Positions 21,646 through 32,497 of a stretch of DNA of 64,000 bases are shown here, piece after piece. Position 1 is the stretch's first letter. The number at the start of each line of letters is the position of its first letter. The notes below the pieces were generated by a model that had not been told where the DNA came from, ran no database searches, and saw nothing but the letters and a program-made list of their open reading frames with translations. Made by a program: the position numbers and the translations under genes. Source of the stretch: Fistulifera solaris. Taxonomy: Eukaryota. The stretch spans positions 806,001 to 870,000 of the forward strand of contig AP026136.1 in NCBI GenBank assembly GCA_030295235.1, in the 5' to 3' direction.

Positions 21646-23885
21646 CTACCTTTTACTCTTTCGTTGAGGCCAGCAACTTGAGCAGACACACAGGAATAAG
21701 ACGAGTAGAACAATCACCAGCCCAGCTGCCCAACCCCAGGATGCTGTGGTCCACGCATCAGGATGGTCCACAAATACAGCGAGCAAAGGATCAAACATAT
21801 TTTCCTCCAAGTTGTTGAAAAGACCGGTCGAGTCCAAGAGGAAGTCTCCATCCGGAACAAGTGAGTCCGAGCATCCAGGTGATTTGTCGGTTTCGTCGAA
21901 GCATTCGCACACGGGTCGGATCGTGCCATTCACAGTATTGGTATAGTTGCATATTCCCCGTCCTGCGCAATTGAATGGACAGAAGAGATCGGGACAGGCT
22001 TGAGCGAGACGTGGACAGATGAGGGTCGTCTCGAGTAGCCCCTGCCCGACACGAACCGAATGCCTTTGAAAGTCATATTCACAGACAATCCACCCACCCA
22101 ACACATTAATCCAAAGCTTCATTTCCTCTTTGACACATGCTGTTTGATAACAGAGCGCTTCGCCGGCCGTGGAAGGGATGCATTGACTTTTTTCTCCGTA
22201 CACCTCACTATAAGGGAAAAATTCGCTGTCAGAAAATTTGTTCAAAGTGAGATGAAATAATGTGAGGACGTGGGTCGCTTACCTGTAAATGTTGAAAATG
22301 GGTGCATTGTTCTGATCCGAACAATCCATACCACCAGCTTTTATGCTGTCGTAGGTGCTGCCATAAACAGGACAATAATCGGCTTGTCGTGGTCCACCTT
22401 TACCAGGTTCATCTGGAAAGTACTGATATTGTTGCTCGGGCAGTTCCTGCGGAACATTGTAGTTGTAATCAACCACGGTACAGGCCATCTTGTGGGTGTG
22501 TTCCGACGAGCAACCCTTTTCGTCCGCTGAAGTGCAGAAATATCCTTCGCCATAGGCAGGCACTTCCGTATCACCACTCGATCCTTGTACCAGACAAGGT
22601 TCGTTCACAAACGCGCATCCCACCGACAGGCCCCACGGATTGCTTCTACTGTTTGTATAATTCGCCCTGTACCAGCCGCTGTCTTCCATTAGCGCCAACG
22701 TCAAGGAACTTAAAATATTCGTCGTCGGCGAAATCACCGCCGTGAGGGCTTCCGGATAAAACATACGCTCATCCCAATGATCCCCCGCACACGACTCGGC
22801 TCGGGTGGGCTGGTTTTCTAACCGTGCTCCTTCCAAGGACGGGCAATTGAATTGATTCCTCGCAATGGTCCGGACTTTCGGAGTGACAATACTAGCAAAC
22901 CGTCCGCCATTGGGATGCTCACCAAATACCATGGTATTCTCATCCGGCAAAATGAGCGATCGATCGATCCCATCGACACACGTTACCGTTCGAGTTTGAA
23001 AGGGGCGACTTGTGCGCGGCTGACCCGTTTCCGGATCCCAAAAGAATCGGTAACTGTTCGACGAATGACCGAGAACATGTCCTACTTCATGGATCGTCAC
23101 ATCGACATAATCCTTTTCGACTTCGGGACTGGCCGTTCCGTCCTCTTTTAAGACAATGTTGTCCAGACATACATTGATAGCTCCGGCCGTAGGTCGATCG
23201 AACTGATCGAAATTGCACGGGACGGCCACCGCCAGCGTCCGATCCGGACAGAAGCGATCCGAATTGGAGCCACTGACGTACAATATCAGATCCGCCCCTT
23301 CGACACCTTCACTTTTGTGACTACTGGGAATTTCGGTAAATTCCGTGTCCCCACAATGACTGTAACCATTCAATTCGGTGCTGGATATGCGCAAGGGACC
23401 GCTGACCGGAATCACGGACAACGTACTGCTCCAAAATTGGGCGGTTTGGGGCAGAATGATATTTTGTACCAATCAATCTTCGCGGCGTTGCTACTGTCGC
23501 GCATTTCATCCAAGGCGTCTGCGACAAACACAATGCGGATGGGTTCAAAGGCGTTGTTTTCTTCCCCAGTCGTTGCATTGTTGGTGTTCTCCTGCAAATT
23601 CCTTTCTCTGTTTAGTTCAAATGGATGATTCTTATACGGAACAATGTGATGAGGATCCGGTGGTAATCCTATTTGATATCGTTCCATCTGTTCTTCGAGA
23701 CGACTGATTTCTCGACGCACATTGGCATTTTCTTCTCCGTACAAACGTCGAATAACATGCATACTTTCCCACATCGCTTCCGATCGGAGACGCTTCGTTG
23801 ACTCTGCTGCTTGTGTCAGAACAACGAGTAGTAGCCAGATGGTCATGCCCAAGGACGATCGCTCATATTCGAGTACATTTCTCAT
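21646..23885 (-). CDS. Leishmanolysin/invadolysin-like M8 zinc metalloprotease, type I membrane protein; intron 22208-22282; frameshift near 23463
   Basis: Signal peptide MTIWLLLVVLTQA (alternative start 23846). HEVGHVLGH zinc motif. LENQPT...HWDER, LTLALMEDSGWY, ADYCP, EGF-like CPFNCAGRGIC, C-terminal TM helix. Confidence 0.9.
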
Positions 23886-24681
23886 TTTTTTTCAATTTGC
23901 GCAACTGATTGAATACGCCGGCTACCGAGATTCCGTGAACGTCTCCGCCTCACGACAACTATCAATTTGAAAATAAACAATCCCCCCTAATCAAAGTTGT
24001 TGACATCCGCACCACTCGGATTAAGTGTTCAAGTTTGGTTTGAACGAAGACTTCAAGAAAGGAGGTGGAGATATGCTAATGAATAAATATACAATGGTGC
24101 ATGAAAAGGATAGATCCGGCGTGCTGTGGGCTTTTTCTCCGATCGTGTACAAGTATGAAGTATGTTCTTTTTTACAATGGAGGGAGATTTCGGTTGGTGC
24201 AGAGATTGGCGAAACGTGGACGCCGGCACGCCGACCACCGTCTCCAATAAAATAATAGACACTCAATCAGAGTGTCAAACGTAGGGCGACTTGACTCAAC
24301 TCCAGTTTAAGTCCCGGAATTGTGTTGGTTTCTTTTTTTGCAAAACACTGGCAAAAGCAGATGATTCTTCCACCCTAAGTGAATAATCAAATAAACATCT
24401 AAACAAATTCATTGTAAAGGTTACATTGACGCTTTTTTTTAACGTGATATCGATGGATGGCATCGCGTGTGTTGCATCGAAGGAATCAATGGTGCTGCAC
24501 TATCTGATAAAGTGTAGGAGTGACATTTCCCGACTCCACTCATGGCAGTCCCGGCATGCATGTGCTTTTTTCCGCTTCGCATTTCGACAACACATTTTTT
24601 CGTTTTCCTTCTCGAAATTCATCTTCTTACAAATTTTTCGCAAGTGTTGCTCCTTTCTCTTAACTCCCTATTTCAAATATC

Positions 24682-25296
24682 ATGATCATTGACAATAAAC
24701 TTTTACAATGCGGAATTTGCCGTGTCGCCGTGGTCGACGATGGAATCGATTGGTTGGATTGGGCGTCGAAACTGTCGAAACCCACACTCGACAGTTTGAC
24801 ATTTGAAGGAGACAGTCACTATGCCTTTTATCGAAATATCATGGATGAACCAAGTTTTCCTTTTCCCATTATTCTAAATCATGTTGCGGCAGCAGTACAG
24901 AAATACTTTGACGTGAATAGCATGGAGGAGATGCGATTGGACGACGCTTTTTGCGTGCATTACAACACATCGCAGAAGGATTCGTCGGGGGCGAAACATA
25001 CCGATCCGAGTGATATTACAATCAACATGTGTCTGGAAGTATCCGATAATATCGAAGGAAGTCAAGTGAAGTTTTACGGGACAAAGAACTTACACGATGT
25101 GTTGCCTCTCAAGGACGACGACTCTGCTTCAGCGTTTTTGGTAGAACAGCAACCAGGATACGCCACAATTCACTGGGGTGATCATCCCCATGAAACTTTA
25201 CCGATTGAACATGGAAGACGAACAAACGTTATCATGACGTTGATGTTCAAGGACAAATCCAGGAGCCAAGCGGCAAACCGGACGTGCTACTACTAG
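24682..25296 (+). CDS. 2-oxoglutarate/Fe(II)-dependent dioxygenase (PLOD/OGFOD2-like catalytic domain)
   Basis: AFCVHY...HTDPSDITINMCL (HxD), GYATIHWGDHPHETLPI (distal His), GRRTNVIM (2OG-binding Arg). Confidence 0.8.
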   Translation: MIIDNKLLQCGICRVAVVDDGIDWLDWASKLSKPTLDSLTFEGDSHYAFYRNIMDEPSFPFPIILNHVAAAVQKYFDVNSMEEMRLDDAFCVHYNTSQKDSSGAKHTDPSDITINMCLEVSDNIEGSQVKFYGTKNLHDVLPLKDDDSASAFLVEQQPGYATIHWGDHPHETLPIEHGRRTNVIMTLMFKDKSRSQAANRTCYY

Positions 25297-25633
25297 TCTA
25301 GAGCAAGTTTTCAACGGGAGGGACAATCTAGGCTGGCGTTCTTTTGTAAGTTTATAGATTCAAGCTGATCTGGAACAATGGGACTTTTTATCATCATCTG
25401 GTTGTTGGAGCTCCAAAGTTTTGCAGCGGGGGGATTAGGGATCAGGGGAAAGTCCCGTACGTCCGTATGCCGTCATCGACGCTCGCAACAATGATTCTGA
25501 AAAATGAGTGCCGATTGCCAATTTTGACTTTAGCTTTCGATGCAAAAAAAACAAAACGACAAGCTAAACCTGTTACACCATAGATAACTTAACCAGTACC
25601 GTTGTTGCTTGTTCTATTTTACAATTGACCAGG

Positions 25634-26458
25634 ATGTTGACTTGTAGGCGGCGTTTCGTGCTCGTGCTCTTCTGCCTTTTCGCCGTTTTGTCAACTGGCC
25701 GTGCCAACGACGATGACTATATGCGAGAGGTCCTTGAAGAAGCTCAAGAATACATGGAAGATGAGATGACTGACGATAACTACTTGGAAAGAAACCGACT
25801 TCAAATGGAGGAAGAACTGAAACGACGGCAAGAGCAGCAAAAACACGACGAGCAACAACGCCTGGCCGAACAGCAACGGCACGAAAATGAACGAATACAA
25901 GGAGAACGGGAGGCGGCCTTTGAAGCCGAATTACAACGAATGAGTGAAGATTTGAAAAAAGAAGCGATTCGACGAAAGAAACAAGATGGGAAGGTAGTAC
26001 GGAATGTTTTGAAAGCTGCAGAACGAGGCGATCATTATGGTACTTTGGGGATTCGTAACTTTGAATTTCAACTTCCTCCAGTCTCTTTGAAACTTGGAAA
26101 GTGGAGTCTTCAGTTACCCACCTTTACATTGTTTCGGATTTCGAGTAAAACCATTCGGAGGGCCTATCGAAATATGGCTCTTGTGGTGCACCCTGATAAG
26201 AACCGGGATGGCCGAGCTGTACAGGCTTTTGTTGCCGTCGAGAATGCTGCCTCGATATTAGGCGACGAAGAAACGAGAGAGAAGTACGATACCGATCGAT
26301 TGCTTTTGAGAAAAGAACGGACGGAAGCGGTGAGGCTCTTGATACGAACGTCTGTTTCTCGCGTCATGAAAGCGACCAATCGATCAATATCGACGTTTCG
26401 AAGAGTGCTTGGGCCCTTTGCTTTTCCGGTGGCTATTATTGGTATTTTAATAGTCTAG
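25634..26458 (+). CDS. DnaJ-domain protein with a signal peptide, coiled coil and C-terminal hydrophobic tail (probably ER)
   Basis: DHYGTLG...IRRAYRNMALVVHPDKN...AFVAVENAASILGDEETREKYD. Confidence 0.85.
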   Translation: MLTCRRRFVLVLFCLFAVLSTGRANDDDYMREVLEEAQEYMEDEMTDDNYLERNRLQMEEELKRRQEQQKHDEQQRLAEQQRHENERIQGEREAAFEAELQRMSEDLKKEAIRRKKQDGKVVRNVLKAAERGDHYGTLGIRNFEFQLPPVSLKLGKWSLQLPTFTLFRISSKTIRRAYRNMALVVHPDKNRDGRAVQAFVAVENAASILGDEETREKYDTDRLLLRKERTEAVRLLIRTSVSRVMKATNRSISTFRRVLGPFAFPVAIIGILIV

Positions 26459-26800
26459 CCAGTTGTGAGGCATGGCTTCTCCTTTTCCAAATGGGAACAA
26501 AATGCTTTCGTGCAACCAGGGAGGGTTAATCTTTGATAACATCTACCGGTTCTGTGATGCTAATGTAAATCTCGGGCTCGGTTCTGCTACTGCTCTTGAA
26601 CATCTCCGAGTTGATCTTTGTGCTTACTAGGTTTAGGGTGTTATCTATTCTAGCTTTTGGTCCCTAGATTCATTCCATGTAGTCTTGCAGAAAGAAAGAC
26701 TTGCGCTGCGACCGATCTTTCAAAAATTTACTATATCTTGATATGTACCTACCTTGTTCCGATCTTAACTAGATTTATGCAACAACTGAAGCGGCAAATC

Positions 26801-26838
26801 TCCCGCCAACGCGCGCCTGACTTTCGCGCTTTGGCGGG
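26801..26838. promoter_or_regulatory. Cluster of E2F-like sites upstream of CDC6
   Basis: TCCCGCCAA (26801-26809), TTTCGCGC (26822-26829) and TTTGGCGG (26830-26837), about 130-160 bp before the CDC6 ATG. They match TTTSSCGS. Confidence 0.65.
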
Positions 26839-26964
26839 GCGGACTTTTAAAATCAGCACAACACAATGAGCTTTGGCGACCCTTTCCTCATTATAATATT
26901 ATGATCTCGTCTTATCCTTCGATCAAACACTGCATATTCTTCCCTTTAGCACATTAACAGGAGC

Positions 26965-29900
26965 ATGGATGTCTCTTTTCTGATCGATCATTTCTGCTTC
27001 ATCAAGCTCGATGACGGAAAAGAATACCACTGTCTCAAGTTTGACGACCTCGAACATTGTGATAATGTCCTCAGGGCAGCTGGTATGATGACAGAGGACT
27101 TGGTCGGCACGTTCTTTGCCTTTTCTATTATGTACGTCCACGACGATCTCAAGAATGGACTTGTCTTTCTGCTGGATGACGATGCGCCGATGAAGGTGTT
27201 GGCTGTGACAAACGAAGAAATGACAACTTGGAGGTCGAGGGGATACCTTTCCTACTCTGAGAAGACGAAGAACGTCTTGACATATCTCCGGCAGCATCTT
27301 ACCTCATCTTCTTATGTACGCTCGAAGCCTCCTGCTTGCTCAGAACCGAATCAAGTTGTTGCCATAGAGGGGGTAGAAACGACAAAGAAGCGTAACGACG
27401 CAACCCAACCTGCTTCTGAGCCCATTCTGGCATCTACGTCGGACCGCAAACCCCAGACAGACCCGAACGGATCTCAAACAAACAGTGATGACACCAACGG
27501 GTCGCACGAAGCAGCAGAAGCCGAATCTGAAAACAGAATGGAGGTTGATTCCGATGAAGCAAATACCAAGCAGTGTGTCACTGAACCGACACTGACGTCG
27601 GAAGACCAACCGGAGACAGACCGAAGCACTTTCCATCAAACAGCAGAAAACGACTGGGAAGGCAGCATGGATGTTGATTCGAAGACTACCGATCAACCAG
27701 CAAGCGACGCGTCGACTTCCAAGAAAACTGCCGGGCAACCGAAGAATGGATCATCAAACAAAAGAACGCCCTCAAGCCAGCAGCTAGAAAGAGCCCCTCT
27801 TCGGCATCCATTGCATCTAGGACGACGGATGATTTGATCTGTTGCGTCACGGAAGAGGAGGGTCAAGAATCCCAAAAGACAAGCCCGCCCAATCAGGAAA
27901 CATCGAAGAAAGCGGCGAGCCGTTCTTCTCAATCCAATAAAAAAAGCACCAGCAAAAATGATCTTATCACACCTCTTGTCAGAAATAGCACGAAATCGTC
28001 CAAGAAGGATTCACAAGAAAGTGCAGCGGAGAAAGAAGACGTGATATGGGACGATCCCATTACATTTAGCGATCTCAAGAAAGATTTCGAGCGGGCTGGC
28101 TTTTGTTTTATCGCAAAGGTCTACGCTTTGCCGAACAAGCACCCTTCTGTTAACAAGGATGCCACGCTCGGACGTGACTATTTCACAACTGTTTCTGACT
28201 TTCGTAAGCATCTGTGCGCTTTTGGAATGGACGATTGCAAGGATTGGGATGCCGAGACTCGTGAAAACATTCATGTCTGGGTACGCTATCACATTGTCGA
28301 TCGTAAAGGCAAACTTCCTCGATCAGTACCTACGAAGAGTAATCTCTGGAAGACTTTGATGCAGATTGGATTTGTTTATCGTGACACATCACTCTTTGGG
28401 CCTCGCTATTGTTTGCCTGGGGAAGGTGGGCTCGAATTTGACTCCGAAGCAGCATGTGTCGAGCATATTTCAAGATATGGCTTCCCCGATAATTGTGATT
28501 TCAGTTCCATGACAGACATTGAAAAGACTCGCTTACAAATGACGGTCGCCGAAGCCGTTCGTGTCAACACTTTGTAAGTTTACAGTGACTTGGATATGCG
28601 ATAATGTTTCTCAACTCGTCTAACATCACCTTTTTCTGCAGTGAACCGATTGATCCGGACTGGGACTTGAATGTTAGCACTTTTGGCAAAAGGACATCTA
28701 CTTTGAAAAGAAGACACGCGCCGGGTCCGCAAGAAGGAATTCACTCGGTCACCAAGAAGCTCGAATACAGCAACAGCGCAAAACGAACCAAACGACAAGG
28801 TGCTGCTGCTCCTTTGAAAGCCCCTAAAACTCCGCCGCAGACAATGGAGACGTCGCAATCAAGTAATCCCCCTATTCACATCCCAACGACCGTCACTTTG
28901 TCTCCCGAACCTTCGTTTGCATTACCCGAATTTGGTGGTACTGATAAAGAAAGGTTGCGAGCATGCTTGGATGCTTTGAAGCTCCATCACTCCATCGGAC
29001 TATTGCGTTTCGATCCGGACGGGACGTCCAGGTTGCGGGCAAACCTGGCTCGCGTGGAAAACTTTCTGACAGGTGTTTTCAAGAAGAGAAGTCAAGATTT
29101 TTATCTACCTGACGATGAAGACGACACGTCATCTTCTGCTTTATACGTATGCGGCGAACCAGGTGTTGGCAAAACAACGGGGGTCATGTATTGCTGTGAT
29201 AAGTTGAAGGAGGAGGAGGCAATGCATGGTTTCGACATCCGAGTTATCAAGGTCACTGCAAACGACTTGAAGGACAGCAAAGATCTTTACGAGGCGATGG
29301 CATCCGCCCTCAAGACGACTGCAACCAAAAAGACTATCATCTCTAAACTAAAGGTCAGGCAACTGGTGGGAAAGAATAAGCCACTTTTCTTGGTTTTATT
29401 ACTGGATGAAATTGATATGATGCTTTCAGCGAGCGACAGCGTTCATCCGCGCCGAAAGTCCGAATCGGTTGTTAAAGAACTTCTCGAGTTTGCGAACAAC
29501 CTGGAACTCAATTTCGCTCTCATCGGACTAGCGAACTCGACTGGTAATGATAAGTACGCAAAGCTTCATCAGCTTGGAAAGGTATGTTGAGAAGTGCTCA
29601 GTACAACATGACGCTGCATATCCCACTTTCGCTGATTTCTGACACAGCTACATCTCCTCGTTCACACAATTAAGTTTCAAGAGGTGGTAACGTTTAGTCC
29701 ATACTCGGCCGTGGATCTTAAGCGCATTTTGGAAGTCCGGGTTGGTCATTCCGTGATCCCCGAGTCGGTGCTAGAGACAATTGCCATGAAAGTACAAAGC
29801 TCGAGCGGAGATGCCCGAAAAGCCTTGGACATAGCTGCCCGAGCGGTGACCGCTTGTCTTCATCGAACGACGGACGATGCGGTGACTTACGGAACGCTCG

Positions 29901-30337
29901 TCAAAAGCGTAGATGTCATAAAAGTATTTCAGTCCTTCGACAAGAACTACAAGCAAATCATGGAAGGTCAACCGATGGCTGGTAAAGTCGTTATGTGCAT
30001 CGCTTCAGTATTTGCCGAAAAGAACCGAACTGTGACTCTCGATGAACTTTACGAGATCACCAACGAAGTGCTGTCCGCTACCGGCCGGGTAGACGATATG
30101 CTACAATCCGAAGACTTTAACATTACGGTCAGCATTCTAGTTGACAATGGCTTATTGAAAATTGGCTCGGCACTGAAAAAGCGAGGAAAAAAGAAGAATA
30201 ATGAAATTGACGCAAAGGCCAGCTCGCTCGTCAACTTGGAAATGCCGGTGGGAGACATATGTTCTCTTCTCGGTGCAGAAATGAATATTGCTTTCTTCAA
30301 ATTAATTCGTGAGCGAGCAGAAAAAAGAGTGAAATAG
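26965..30337 (+). CDS. CDC6: Cdc6-like AAA+ replication-licensing factor with a long N-terminal extension; introns 28574-28641 and 29582-29674; frameshift near 27760
   Basis: Walker A LYVCGEPGVGKTT, Walker B LLLDEID, LIGLANS, VTFSPYS..DL..IL..RV, SGDARKALDI, winged-helix-like C-terminus. Both introns restore the frame. Confidence 0.8.
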
Positions 30338-30417
30338 TTTCCTGCGGGTGGTTTTTATTCAAGAGAATCCATTGGCGGTTGTTTGTTTTATGTTATTAGT
30401 TTTTGAAATCTTTCATT

Positions 30418-30921
30418 TTATATGAAGTGGGTCCGTTTATTCAAGGCGCTCATTATTTGGGCTCGTAACTCGAGGCATTGTTCGTAGGAGCAGGGCGTTG
30501 CTCCAGGAAATGCTTCTATCAGTGCTATCTTCTGGTCATCTTCTCGTATCCGTAAACAAAGTACACTTTCTACCGCATGAACCCGTATGTGTTCCACGAC
30601 GATGCAATCCAAAATGTCGCTCGCCGGCCAAAAACGGGGCACCGACGCGTTGCATCCGTGCTCGTCGCGTGTTACCTGTTGCAGGCCTAGGGGATATGCC
30701 ACAATGACTACATCCTTTTGCTGTCGCTTCGGCGACAAAGCCGGCTTGCTTAGGAAAGAGCATAGTATCAGAAGAGGGAGTAAAACAGGAACATTAATTC
30801 TATCTCGATCGGATGAATGAAAGAAGATTGCGAGGATGAGGACAGCAATGATCCAGACGATTCCTCCGCCCGAAGCATAGTTCGTAGAGGAGGCCGCTGG
30901 GACCTTTATTTCGTGGGGCAT
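30418..30921 (-). CDS. PIGH: GPI-GlcNAc transferase subunit PIG-H/Gpi15-like
   Basis: Two TM helices, then VVIVAYPLGLQ...RFWPASDILDCIVVEHI...LCLRI...LIEAFP, following the PIG-H pattern. Confidence 0.65.
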   Translation of the reverse strand: MPHEIKVPAASSTNYASGGGIVWIIAVLILAIFFHSSDRDRINVPVLLPLLILCSFLSKPALSPKRQQKDVVIVAYPLGLQQVTRDEHGCNASVPRFWPASDILDCIVVEHIRVHAVESVLCLRIREDDQKIALIEAFPGATPCSYEQCLELRAQIMSALNKRTHFI

Positions 30922-31104
30922 GAGAGGTTTTGAAATGACAAATGAATAGCAAAGAATAAATAATGTTCAACACTGGGTCTTTTAAAATATTGCAGATTGG
31001 GGCTGTCCTTTGTTGATGCTTCTGCTTGCGCGAAGTGCGAAAAAATGAGGAGGAATGCATTCGTGTCTCAATCCAGTCATGAGAAAGTGCATGATAATAA
31101 TCCG

Positions 31105-31120
31105 TACCTGGTACCAGGTA
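31105..31120. promoter_or_regulatory. Perfect 16-bp palindrome TACCTGGTACCAGGTA (two overlapping TACCWGGTA motifs) in a divergent intergenic region
   Basis: The sequence equals its own reverse complement. Further copies of the motif at 31219 and 31605 in the same spacer. Confidence 0.55.
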
Positions 31121-31768
31121 TTGTGGGGATAAAGGCTGGTGCCTGTGAGGCGAAAATCTCATAATGGCATGATTAACAGCAGCAACACCGATACATTGAA
31201 GCGTATGGTCATTAAATGTACCAGGTAGCATGGCCATTTTTATTTTTAATTTTTTATAACGTTATAAATACCGTAATATTGTTGGCAACGAGTCCGGGAC
31301 TGCTCTTAAGTTGGGTCACGCATTTGTAGAATTACACCGTTTAGTTGATTTTGAAGGGAATCAAAACAGGCAGCTTACGTAAAATAACGCCACAACACAT
31401 CCGATTGTGAAGCACATGCAAGCACGGCGTCCTAAATGCGCTAAACGACTTGTTGAGAGTTGTAGCCTGACATTTGTGTTGCAGTATGACAATAGTTCCC
31501 GGGACTGGAGTTATTATGAATCACGTGTTTGTCACTTCTTCAACAGCAAAGAGCGCTTACACTCCAAAGGAGTGTAACTCCTTGTGCACTCTACAAAGTA
31601 GAATTACCTGGTATTACAGAAAATGTTTGTCGTGAAAGGCGGCGGTGCAAGAAAGTCCTTCAAGACGACCGACATAACAACAGCAACAACAGCAACTAGA
31701 GAGTGAATATCGAGTGCGAATACAACACAGAATACCCAGCATAGCTCATAATACTGAAGTCATCAAGA

Positions 31769-32408
31769 ATGAGCGACGAGAACACAAAAAGTGAACCGCT
31801 GCTGTTGAAGAGTATGACTGGCTGGTTTTCCTCGCACCTCAGTCTATTGGAGTTTATGCAGGAATTGGAGCTAAAATCGCCGGACGGAAGACACCTCATG
31901 AATTACGATGTCGCGGAACGCGTTGCTTCCTTCTTACCGTACCTAAAGTAGATCTGAATCAAATTCAAGTCGTCGGTTGTTCCTCGAGTGACGGCTCGCA
32001 TCCCATTTCCGATTGTCTTTCACCGAGTGAAGATACGTGGTGGATTTCTGGCGCCGAATCGATGCCCGGAGGGAAAGGATCCGAATTTGTGGAATTCCAA
32101 TTACATCCCACCAACATACGACGCTTGTCCCGTGTCGGCATTCATATACCACCATTGCCTCAGGGACCGCTGTCGGTACGCGATTTTGTCATTCAAGCGT
32201 TCGATGGGGGCGTGTGGGAGACCATTTCTCCCACATGGCGGTGTGAGAATGTTCCGGAGATGCAGTATTTTGTCTTTGATCCGCCCGAGTCGATGCGCAA
32301 CTGGTGCGCGTGGTCTGTCTTTCCAATCAACTCCATGAATTTTACAACAATCGTTTGGTGACCTTTAATTTCAATCGAGTGGGATTTTATTCCGTGGCGT
32401 TTGAGTAA
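31769..32408 (+). CDS. Small galactose-binding-like (jelly-roll) domain protein; two frameshifts (near 31935 and 32287)
   Basis: Reconstructed: ...VAERVASF|VPKVDLNQIQVVGCSSSDG...DTWWISG...GSEFVEFQL...VGIHIPPLPQGPLSVRDF...|VDAQLVRVVCLSNQ...VGFYSVAFE*. Confidence 0.55.
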
Positions 32409-32497
32409 TGATAATTTTTCCTGTAACCATATCAGATGATCTTGACCTAATTTTCACAATTTAGAACTACTGCGTATTTGGTAATCTCCTTTTCTTA

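Noticed and set aside
24021..24266. Short ORFs on both strands in the leishmanolysin/2OG-oxygenase spacer
   Set aside because: Under 85 aa, no motifs and no convincing splice structure.
25431..26640. TTAGGG-like words (near 25436 and 26632) as telomere remnants
   Set aside because: Single isolated hexamers with no tandem array.
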